A DNA stretch of 64,000 bases from Longimicrobiales bacterium (lineage in GTDB: Bacteria > Gemmatimonadota > Gemmatimonadetes > Longimicrobiales > Gaopeijiaceae): positions 480,001 to 544,000 of the forward strand of contig CBDFIQ010000002.1 in NCBI GenBank assembly GCA_965248195.1. The letters run 5' to 3'. Both the position numbers and the translations under genes were made by a program. The notes under the pieces were generated by a model. The model saw only the letters and a program-made list of their open reading frames with translations, was not told the DNA's origin and did no database searches. Of this stretch, positions 1 through 8,348 are shown in pieces; position 1 is the first letter of the stretch, and the number at the start of each line of letters is the position of its first letter.

Positions 1-343
1 CCGCATCGGGCGCTGCGCTGCGCGTCAGATGTGTCACTCCCCATTGCCGGAACGCTCGCATCGGTTCCTCGAGTGCGAGTCCCGATTCGGTCAACGCATA
101 CAGGATGGGCTCACCGACGCCTGCGGGCCGGCGCTCGACGAGCCCGTGCCCTTCGAGTTTCCGAAGCCGATCGGTCAATACGCTGGTGCCCATTCCCGGC
201 AGGCGATTGACCAACTCGCTGTATCGCCTCGCCGACTTGAGGAGTTCCTGCACGATGACCAGTGTCCATCGCTCGCCCACGATGTCCAATCCACGGGCGA
301 GGGGGCAGAACCGTCCGTAACCGGTCCATGCATGTTTGGGCAC
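1..343 (-). CDS. HxlR-family winged-helix transcriptional regulator (3' end runs off window)
   Basis: Not in ORF track. Manual translation from GTG at 343: ...YGRFCPLARGLDIVGERWTLVIVQELLKSARRYSELVNRLPGMGTSVLTDRLRKLEGHGLVERR..., the typical HxlR N-terminus; follows the SnoaL gene by 9 bp. Confidence 0.85.
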   Translation of the reverse strand, partial: MPKHAWTGYGRFCPLARGLDIVGERWTLVIVQELLKSARRYSELVNRLPGMGTSVLTDRLRKLEGHGLVERRPAGVGEPILYALTESGLALEEPMRAFRQWGVTHLTRSAAPDA

Positions 344-352
344 GTGACCGCG

Positions 353-715
353 TTATGCCGGCATGAGCGCGTTGAAAGCTGCCGTATCGAACACGAGGCG
401 CACGGATGTGAGGCGACCATCCCGCACCGTGCACCACTCCGACATCGTGACCGAACCAGCACCCGCCGGCGTTTCGATTTCGAAATCGTAGATCGAGCAC
501 ACCTCGTCACCGTCTTCGAACTGCTTGAGTATGGTGTGGCCCTTAATGATCGATGCGAGACCGGACACCGCCTCGAAAAACGCGTCCTTGCCATCGACCT
601 GCAGCATGGGTCCCTCGAAAGAGAAATCGTCGGCCACTAGCGCACGGGCTCGATCCATGTCGCCGGACTCGAACGCGCTGAGGTAATCGTTGAACACTTT
701 TGATGCGGCTGTCAT
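353..715 (-). CDS. SnoaL/NTF2-like domain protein
   Basis: MTAASKVFNDYLSAFESGDMDRARALVADDFSFEGP...WCTVRDGRLTSVRLVFD; ATG at 715 preferred over the track start at 787. Confidence 0.85.
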   Translation of the reverse strand: MTAASKVFNDYLSAFESGDMDRARALVADDFSFEGPMLQVDGKDAFFEAVSGLASIIKGHTILKQFEDGDEVCSIYDFEIETPAGAGSVTMSEWCTVRDGRLTSVRLVFDTAAFNALMPA

Positions 716-743
716 GTAACATCCATAATGAGAGTCTGATCTT

Positions 744-771
744 ATTATAAGAGTCACATGACATGGCGCAA
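744..771 (-). promoter_or_regulatory. putative sigma70 promoter of the SnoaL-HxlR operon
   Basis: Minus strand TTGCGC-16 nt-TATAAT in an AT-rich patch about 30 nt upstream of ATG 715; repeated AGAGTC at 731 and 750 may be operator half-sites. Confidence 0.5.
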
Positions 772-907
772 CCCCCGTGCTCCGCAAATATCTGCTCCGC
801 GTTGGCGGATGTTGACTTGAGGCTATATCCCGGAAGCGGATGCGGCCGAGACGATCAGACTGGCCGAGGAGTCAGCAATCGGACGCTAGGACGCTAACAG
901 GCGCGCC

Positions 908-2080
908 CTATCGGTTCGCACGCTGCCCGTCGAGTAGATCGAGGTCGAGCGTGAACGAGAGCGGCACCGAGACCGGCTCGAAGCAGAGCCGGTCGTCGCA
1001 GGCCTGGTAGTCGAACGTGCCGCTCAGCGTCAGCGCGTCGAGCTGGGCCAGCGCCTCTGCGGCTTCCGGGGCTGCCGACACGACCGCCTCCTTCAGCAAG
1101 ATGAACGGACTCTGATACACGGGGACCCGTTCGTCGAGTGGCTCGAAGTAGTAGATCTCCGACGCGGGGAACTCCACTGGCTCGAACCGGACGTGAGGTA
1201 CCGGCGCGAGGTTGAGGGAGACGACCCGGTAGCCCATCGCCTCGGCGCCCGGCGCATAGACATGGATGGCCGGGTTGGGCTCGACCTCGACCGCGATCGA
1301 GAACCGGGTGCCTCGCGTGACGTTGGGGTTGCTCGGGTAAGCGGTAAACTTCAGGTGCGCGGTCGACCCCCTGATGGCTGCGATCGGGGACAACCCGGCA
1401 CCGAGCTTCAACATGACGTTCGCCGTGGTGTTCCGCTCCCGGTAGAACTCCTCGAAGAACCGCGACGTGACCCGGCCCGTGCGATCCAGCATGAACGTGC
1501 CAGGGAACGGCGTGCCGACAAACATCGGGCTGGCTCCGCCCACAGCGACGTACCTGGCCACGTCGGCGACGACTTCTGGATCGTCGCCGTTGGGACCCTG
1601 CCCTTCGGCCGCCACGGTGTTCAGGATGCCGAATTCGGTGATGACCTCCGAATCGTCATCGGACAGCAGGGGGAACGTGATGCCACGGCGTCGGCTGAAG
1701 TCGGCCAGCACCGCTTCCGAGTCGTAGCTGATGGCCGCCACGCCGAGCCCCTGATCTCGAAGCTCTTCCAGCCGGTCTTGCAACTCCACGAGCTGCGCTT
1801 TGCAATAGGGTCACCAGTCGGCCGAGCGGTGAAACAGCAGAATCGCCCCGTTGCGCCCCAGAATGGAGTCGAGGGTCCGGACCCGGCCGTTCTGGTCCGG
1901 CAGGCTGAACGCGGGCACCTGTTCACCCACCTGCGGGCCAAGCGACGCGACATCGATCGGGGTTCGAGACTCCATCTCGACCGCGATCGGGGTTCGAGAC
2001 TGCATCACGCGCCATCCGACGCCAAGCACCATAACCGCCAGGGCGATCCCCAGGGCGGCTCGTCTACCTTGCTGGTTCAT
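908..2080 (-). CDS. selenoprotein: membrane-anchored AhpC/TSA (redoxin) domain with UxxC motif fused to a DsbD N-terminal-like domain, 390 aa
   Basis: Track ORFs 1811..2080 and 908..1789 are in the same frame, separated by one TGA: ...FHRSADW-TGA-PYCKAQLVELQ, the thioredoxin-fold W-C-P-Y-C with Sec at the first Cys. C-terminus HVYAPG...DYQACDDRLCF resembles DsbD-N. Confidence 0.85.
1780..1796 (-). promoter_or_regulatory. putative bacterial SECIS element
   Basis: Hairpin GCAGCTC-GTG-GAGTTGC on the coding strand; loop starts 21 nt after the UGA and begins with GU. Confidence 0.6.
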
Positions 2081-2159
2081 GATGACCGCATCCTACCGTC
2101 GCGCGCTCGCCGGCGCCAGACACTGGGGTGGCCGTTATTGGCTTTGAAGAGTCCCGATT

Positions 2160-3176
2160 CTAAGGAGTGATCATGAAGACCGGCTGTACCCATGCGGCGT
2201 CGCCCCTTGAATCCGTGACCTTCGCACGTACATATCTTTCACGCCCCTGAAGTGTGTACACGGCGGGGTTTTCCGACGACACCGACAAAACCCTGCCCCC
2301 GGATCCGATAAAGGTCGTGGAATACCGGAAATCTCCACGCGGTGCGATGTGGATCTCGAGCCGATCCTCTTCCGTGACCACATCGGCCAAGCGAACGCCG
2401 GTGCTCGCATAAAACTGTCCCGCCTCCAGCTGCTGCATGATCTCGGCTGCGTCGAGGGAGCGGGCGCGCACGGAGATCCAACCCCGACCAGGATTGACAC
2501 GGTCCGCCGAGAACTCCCCCTGAAAGTGGTGCGCATCATCCACTGCGATTCCGTAGATTCTCTTTCCACCTGTGAGGAGAATATCCCAAATTTCTTCAAC
2601 TGAGGGAAACCCCCCACCGCCCTCGTTATGCACGGTCGGGTGGCCGTTGTAAATCTCGAGGAGGCGGTCATTTTCAACCTGGGCCAACTCCTCCGCGCCA
2701 AAGGCCCAGCCGAAATTGGGGTGATTGATGTGCGGCACGCCCTCCACCTCTCGAATTGCGTCCACATTGCTCTGGATGGTCGCGACCATCGTCGAACCGG
2801 TTCTGGGGTCCACCAGACCCGGAAGGTTTAGCCCGTTCACGTGCACGGGAAGGCTTTCAAAGCCGGATGTCAGCTCTTCGCCGGGAATGAGGATGAAGTC
2901 GGAGTCGGTGAGATGAGAAAGCTGAGCGGGGTCAGTGAACACGTTGTGATCGGAGATGACGAGAAAGTTGTACCCGTGTCCCTTGTACCATTGCGCTACA
3001 TACTCAGGTGACGAGTCGCCGTCGCTCTCTACCGTGTGTGCGTGCGTGTTACCCTTGTACCAAGACATTCCGGTCGTGCTGGGGACTTCGAATCGGGCTT
3101 GGGCGCCGAGGTGTATCCCCCTCCCAAAGAATACGGTGACCGCAAGCCCGGTAGCGATTAAGCGATGGAGGGCCAT
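2160..3176 (-). CDS. PHP-domain (CehA/McbA-like) metallohydrolase, exported
   Basis: KGNTHAHTVESDG, ISDHN, INHP, DDAH motifs; N-terminal signal peptide. Confidence 0.85.
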   Translation of the reverse strand: MALHRLIATGLAVTVFFGRGIHLGAQARFEVPSTTGMSWYKGNTHAHTVESDGDSSPEYVAQWYKGHGYNFLVISDHNVFTDPAQLSHLTDSDFILIPGEELTSGFESLPVHVNGLNLPGLVDPRTGSTMVATIQSNVDAIREVEGVPHINHPNFGWAFGAEELAQVENDRLLEIYNGHPTVHNEGGGGFPSVEEIWDILLTGGKRIYGIAVDDAHHFQGEFSADRVNPGRGWISVRARSLDAAEIMQQLEAGQFYASTGVRLADVVTEEDRLEIHIAPRGDFRYSTTFIGSGGRVLSVSSENPAVYTLQGRERYVRAKVTDSRGDAAWVQPVFMITP

Positions 3177-3291
3177 GTCCTTCTCCTCCGCGATGAAAGA
3201 GAGACTGTTGCAGGGCAGCGTCGTCTTCGGACAAGATGCGTCTAAGGCGTGTGGGGCGGCAAGGATGGCTCGGGTTGCTTAGCGTTCGCCG

Positions 3292-5859
3292 TCACAGTCG
3301 CGACGTCGGGAACTCCTCATGGTAGCGCGCGATCGCGTCCGTAGTCCCGCAGATATAGAGCGCGTCGTCGGATGAGAGCCGGAATGAAGCCGGGAAGTCC
3401 ATAACGACCTGGCCGTCCCGCTCCACCGCCACGATCGTGCAGCCTGTGCGTTCCCGAATCCGCTCCGCCACCGGGTTCTTCCCTGCGAGCCGCCCTGCGC
3501 CCACCCGCACGAGCTTGATGCGGGGCTGCAGGGACACCATCTCCCCCAGGACGTGGTACGCGAGGAGTTGTCCGGCGACCTGACTCACCGAGAGAGCGAA
3601 GTCCACGTCGGCACGCTGGATACGCGCCACATTCTCGGCCAGGTAGGCGCTGGCGATGATTGGCAGGTCCGGAGCATAGTCGCGGAGGACGGTGGCGGCG
3701 AGGACGGTGGCGCTGTCCGTGTCGAGGGCGAGGACTACGACCCGGGCCCCGGAGAGGGGCACACTCTCGAGCACGTTCCGGTCGATGATGTCACCCACGA
3801 CGTGGACACCCGGGCGCTCCACCGGATCGACGACGCACACTTCCTCGTCCACGGCGGTGAGAATCTCCGCGAGCTTCCGCCCGATGTCTCCGAAGCCGAT
3901 CACCACGATCGTCCCCTCCTGAGTGATGGGCCGGGCCATTTCGCTGAGTTTCTCGATGCTCTCCGGGGTTCCCGCGACGACCAGAATCGTGCCGGGGCGG
4001 ATGGTCTCGTCCGCGGCCGGGGGCGCGTGCAGGGCCGCATCACTCCACTGGCCGACGACGTTGGCCCCAGTGCGGGTGCGGATCCCGACTTCGCGAAGCG
4101 TGGTATCGGCCAGCGGGCTGGCATCATGGACCCGGAGCTCCGCTACTTCGAGGAGCCTGCTCAATGGCCGGACTCCTGTGACCCGCGGGGTGATCCTGGC
4201 GCTGGCCCGGGAGCTCAGGACCGCGGCGAGCACGTGGGTGGGGGAGAAAGTAACGTTGGCCCCGGCCAGCATCATCGGGGCCCGCCGGCGCGGGTCCTCG
4301 ATCATCGCGATGATCGGGCCTTCGTACCCCACTTCGCGGGCGCTGAGCGCGAGCAACGCGTTGGCATCGTCCTCACCATTGAGGACCAGAGCCTGGGCGC
4401 GAGCCATTGTTCGAAGGTCCAACTCCTGTTCCGCCAGCATCACGTGCACCACCTGCTGCCCGCGTGCGTGGAGGCGGCGCGCCGCCGCTTCGTCCTCCTC
4501 GATCACGACGGAAGCCGTGCCCCGGCGATCGAGTTCGCTCAGCAGGGAATCCACCTCCGGGCCGTATCCGTAGACCACCACACCTCCGTCCACGTTCGGC
4601 AGAGCGAGGGGCAGTCGTCCCTCGAAGGGCTCCACCAATGCCGGAGCGCCGAACTTGTCGGTAAGCAGTACGCCGAGGGCGCCCCCCTCGGGGCGCGCTG
4701 CCCCGCCCTCGAGCAGCACTGAGCAGCCCTTCAGCGCGAGCGGCGTGAACAGGTTGAGCACGAACATGGTGAAGATCAGCACCGAGAAGATGGACGGGTC
4801 GATGGCGCCCTGGGTTAGAGCCAGCGCGGCGAGGATCATCGCCAACTCGGCGCGCCCGCACATGCCCACACCCACGGTAAGGGCTTCCCGCACCGGCAAC
4901 CCCATGCGCAGCGCCATGCTCCCCGCGCTCACGATCTGACCGACGATCACCGACGTGGTCAGCAGTGCCAGGAACGCCATGCCCGAGGGGCTGATGTCGA
5001 AGGTGATGGAGAAACCCAGCGACATGAAGAAGATGGGTCCGAGGAACGAGTAGGCGATCCCGTAGGAGCGATCCGCCACGACCCGGACCAGGTTCGGGTG
5101 CGCCACCTTCTCCTCGAAGAACAAGCCGGCCAGATAGGCCCCCAGGATCATGTGCAGCCCGATGGCCTCGGCGAAGAGGCCGGCGGCGATGGCCACGAGT
5201 AGCACGAAGGTGAAGCCTTTGCCTCCCTCGCTTCGGAAGGGCAGCGTGAAGCGCGGGTAAGCGAACCGACCGAGCAGCACGGCCAGGCCGAAGAAGGCCA
5301 CTACCTTCGCCAGCGTGACGGCGATGCTCATGGGCTCGAACGACCCGCCGGATAGCACCCCGACCACGAGGCCGAAGACCACAAGGGTCAGCAGGTCGTC
5401 GATCACGCAGCTCGCGACGATCACCCGTGCCACGCGGGTATCTGCGAGCCCCAGGTCCTTGAGGGTCTTCAACGTGATCACCACCGCGGTGGCGGTCATG
5501 GTGAGACCGACGAACACGGCACCTACCGGATCCAGCCCGAACGCGGTCGCCACTCCGAAGCTGACCCCGAACGGCACGATCGCGCCCACTAAAGCAACCC
5601 CGATCGAGCGCTTCAGGGCATGCAAGAATGCGGTGGGCTGGGTCTCCACCCCGGCGTGGAACATGAGGAAGAAGATCCCGATGTCGGCCAGGAGCGTGAT
5701 CGCCTCACTGGGCTCGATGAGGCCGAAGACTGCCGGTCCCACCAGCACGCCGACGATGAGCTCACCCATGATCGTGGGCAGCCCCAGCGGGCGCAGGGTG
5801 ACCGCGACCAACCAGATGCCGGCCAGGAGGATCAGCAGATCGAGGGCGACGTCATGCAT
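3292..5859 (-). CDS. CPA2 cation:proton antiporter fused to two RCK (TrkA-N/TrkA-C) pairs
   Basis: N-terminal multi-TM domain (GELIVG, IDD, ILGAYLAG, GRAE); then VVVYGYG and VVIGFGDIG Rossmann motifs, each followed by a TrkA-C-like segment. Confidence 0.85.
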   Translation of the reverse strand: MHDVALDLLILLAGIWLVAVTLRPLGLPTIMGELIVGVLVGPAVFGLIEPSEAITLLADIGIFFLMFHAGVETQPTAFLHALKRSIGVALVGAIVPFGVSFGVATAFGLDPVGAVFVGLTMTATAVVITLKTLKDLGLADTRVARVIVASCVIDDLLTLVVFGLVVGVLSGGSFEPMSIAVTLAKVVAFFGLAVLLGRFAYPRFTLPFRSEGGKGFTFVLLVAIAAGLFAEAIGLHMILGAYLAGLFFEEKVAHPNLVRVVADRSYGIAYSFLGPIFFMSLGFSITFDISPSGMAFLALLTTSVIVGQIVSAGSMALRMGLPVREALTVGVGMCGRAELAMILAALALTQGAIDPSIFSVLIFTMFVLNLFTPLALKGCSVLLEGGAARPEGGALGVLLTDKFGAPALVEPFEGRLPLALPNVDGGVVVYGYGPEVDSLLSELDRRGTASVVIEEDEAAARRLHARGQQVVHVMLAEQELDLRTMARAQALVLNGEDDANALLALSAREVGYEGPIIAMIEDPRRRAPMMLAGANVTFSPTHVLAAVLSSRASARITPRVTGVRPLSRLLEVAELRVHDASPLADTTLREVGIRTRTGANVVGQWSDAALHAPPAADETIRPGTILVVAGTPESIEKLSEMARPITQEGTIVVIGFGDIGRKLAEILTAVDEEVCVVDPVERPGVHVVGDIIDRNVLESVPLSGARVVVLALDTDSATVLAATVLRDYAPDLPIIASAYLAENVARIQRADVDFALSVSQVAGQLLAYHVLGEMVSLQPRIKLVRVGAGRLAGKNPVAERIRERTGCTIVAVERDGQVVMDFPASFRLSSDDALYICGTTDAIARYHEEFPTSRL

Positions 5860-5936
5860 GCGGCGAATCTAGCACGGGGGTGCTCACCGGTTACCGGAGG
5901 ATCTTCGGTCGTACCCGTACGAGGATCCGGAGATTT

Positions 5937-6080
5937 CTAGAACGCGCTCGAGACTATTCCGAAGTAAAAAGCCAACAGCACCCCGAGGACGATCACCCAG
6001 CGCAGAGATGCCGTAGAGGCCCTGTACGCACGCTTGCGGCGCTCGCTGAAGAGATAATCGGGTTCGCCGAAGAGACTCAT
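5937..6080 (-). CDS. possible small membrane protein (47 aa)
   Basis: MSLFGEPDYLFSERRKRAYRASTASLRWVIVLGVLLAFYFGIVSSAF: basic patch followed by one TM helix. Confidence 0.3.
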   Translation of the reverse strand: MSLFGEPDYLFSERRKRAYRASTASLRWVIVLGVLLAFYFGIVSSAF

Positions 6081-6336
6081 GCTGCGTTGATGCGAGTGAC
6101 GGGATCGGACATGGGCACACTCCAAGATCAGACCAAGATCAACATCCGAGATAAAGCCCGTAGGCGCAAGCACCAGCGCGTCACCACCTCTTTGTCATCG
6201 ACGGCGAGGATCCCGAGGGCTCGGTCAATTAGCGTCCGTAGTGGGTACTGGCGTTCGCTCGTGCCACATCCCACGTTGACTCCCCGCTGATCCGACGCGG
6301 GACCATTGGCGAATCCCCCACGACAAAGAGGCTATC

Positions 6337-7254
6337 ATGTCGACGACGCAGCCGATTCTGCTCTTCGGCCTTCTTGTAGTCCTTCCCGTCGGCGCGTCCG
6401 CGCAGGAGATCGGGCCGGCCCGCGGCAGCCTTGTGGTCAGCGGCGGTGGCGAAACAACGAGCCACATCCGCGAGCGGTTCATAGAGCTGGCCGGTGGCCC
6501 CGACGCTCCAATCGTGGTCGTTCCCACGTCCGGCCGCGACGACGACAGGTACCACGCGTCTTGTCCTTGCCTGCGGCGCTTTTGGGATGCCGGGGCACGG
6601 AATCTGACGGTGCTGCACACGCGGGATCGGAATGTGGCTGACTCGGACGCGTTCGTGGAGCCGCTGCGCCGGGCGCGGGGAGTCTGGTTCATGGGTGGGA
6701 GTCACTGGCTCCATACCGACGCTTACCTGGACACCAAGGTACATGAGGAGTTGTTTGCGCTGCTGGACCGGGGTGGCGTGATCGGCGGGGGCTCGGCGGG
6801 CGCCCACATACAGGGCGAAATCATGAACGTCAGTCGGACGCCGGAACGCGAATTCTCAGAGCGTACGCTCCCACGCGAGGACTGGCGGCGAGGCTTCCGG
6901 CTGCTCAAGAACGTGATTATCGACGTGCACGTCCTCGTGCGTAACCGGCAGTTCGACATGATCGGCGTAATGAAGACCCATCCGGACATGCTCGGGATCG
7001 CCATCGATGAGAACACCGCGATCGTCGTCCAGGGTGACAGCTTCGAGGTCATCGGCACGAGCTATGTGCTCATCCATGACAATCAGCGGGAGCTCCGACC
7101 TGACGGGCCAGAGACGATGCGCACCGTCGGAGGCCCATTCTATTTCCTTCGGCCTGGCGACACCTACGACCTGAAGGCGAGAGAGGCCTTCCGGGCCTCT
7201 AGGACGCAGCAGCCCATCCCCCGGGTGGTCCCGCGCCGTGGGGGCGCTCCCTGA
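6337..7254 (+). CDS. cyanophycinase-like serine peptidase (S51), exported
   Basis: GSLVVSGGG, GGSAGA nucleophile motif, DVH..RNR, IAIDENTA; signal peptide ending ASA-Q. Confidence 0.88.
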   Translation: MSTTQPILLFGLLVVLPVGASAQEIGPARGSLVVSGGGETTSHIRERFIELAGGPDAPIVVVPTSGRDDDRYHASCPCLRRFWDAGARNLTVLHTRDRNVADSDAFVEPLRRARGVWFMGGSHWLHTDAYLDTKVHEELFALLDRGGVIGGGSAGAHIQGEIMNVSRTPEREFSERTLPREDWRRGFRLLKNVIIDVHVLVRNRQFDMIGVMKTHPDMLGIAIDENTAIVVQGDSFEVIGTSYVLIHDNQRELRPDGPETMRTVGGPFYFLRPGDTYDLKAREAFRASRTQQPIPRVVPRRGGAP

Positions 7255-7339
7255 GCCGGTCGCAATTAGAGCAAGGCCTCTCCGCAACCGTGCCGAAGGA
7301 CGGATCATCGCGTAGATCGAGGAACCCTAGGAGGTACAG

Positions 7340-8214
7340 ATGTATGTCCGGACGCTGATCCGATGGGCCGCGGCACTGATGACGTTGGTGGCCGGGGTCG
7401 CACACTTGCCGGCGCAGAGATTGGTCCTGCACGTGGGACCCTCCTCATCGCTGGTGGTGGAGATACGTCAGGAGCCATTTTCCAGCGTTTCATCGAGTTG
7501 GCGGGAGGGCCGGCTGCGATTATCGTCGTCATTCCGACCGCCGGTGGAGCGGAGTCCTACGACGAGTCCCACGGGATGGTCCGCAGGTTCAAGGAGGCCG
7601 GAGCCGCCGGCGTCAGGGTCCTGCACACCCGCGACCGCCGCACCGCTGACTCCGACGCTTTCGTGCGGCCTCTCAGGGATGCGACCGCGGTTTGGATCAC
7701 CGGCGGTAGTTCGGGACTCCTGGGCGACATCTACGTCGGAACGGAGGTCCAACGCGAGCTCGTAGGAGTTTTGGAGCGAGGCGGCGTGGTGGCTGGATCG
7801 TCCGCCGGGGGGAATATCCAGGGGACCTACCTCGCGCACGGCGATGCCCGGTTGAACACCCTCGAGGACGTTGTCGGGAAGATGCGTGACGGATTCGCTC
7901 TCCTCCGCAAAGACGTGGTCATGGACCAGCACCTGCTGCGGCGCAACAGGCAGTTCGATCTCATTCGTATCATCGAGGCGCAGCCGGAACTGCTCGGGAT
8001 CGGCATCGATGAGGCGACCGCCATCGTGGTGCAGGGCGACGACTTCGAAGTGATCGGCGCCAGCTATGTGGCCATCTATGACCACAACAGCACCGTTGAG
8101 GGCGGCGGTGAGTTCTACTTCCTGGCGCCGGGCGACCACTTCAACCTGAGAACGAGGGTGGCGACTCGGGAGGTCAGGACTCGACAGCGGCTCGATCGAA
8201 TTCGGGACCGGTGA
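7340..8214 (+). pseudogene. second cyanophycinase-like S51 peptidase with a 1-nt frameshift after the signal peptide (real or sequencing error)
   Basis: AGGAGG RBS and ATG 7340 give MYVRTLIRWAAALMTLVAGVAHLPAQ; the catalytic domain EIGPARG...GSSAGG...DQH..RNR...IDEATA is in another frame. Paralog reads gcgcagGAGatc, this copy gcgcagAGatt (one G missing at about 7417). Confidence 0.8.
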
Positions 8215-8348
8215 AAACCTTTCGGAGGTTGGAGCAACCTGCGGCGAGCCGGTCACGGGCTCAACAGCGACCCTCCGCCGCGTGTCCTCGTTGTGTACCC
8301 GTCTGCGCTTGTCGGCGCGGATGCTTCACCCCGACGGAGCTAACCTGA

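Noticed and set aside
29..640. 203-aa + strand ORF and other long antisense ORFs (e.g. 1193-2170, 3553-4722, 39282-40709, 48251-49381)
   Set aside because: They overlap well-supported genes on the opposite strand; stop-poor shadow frames are expected at high GC.
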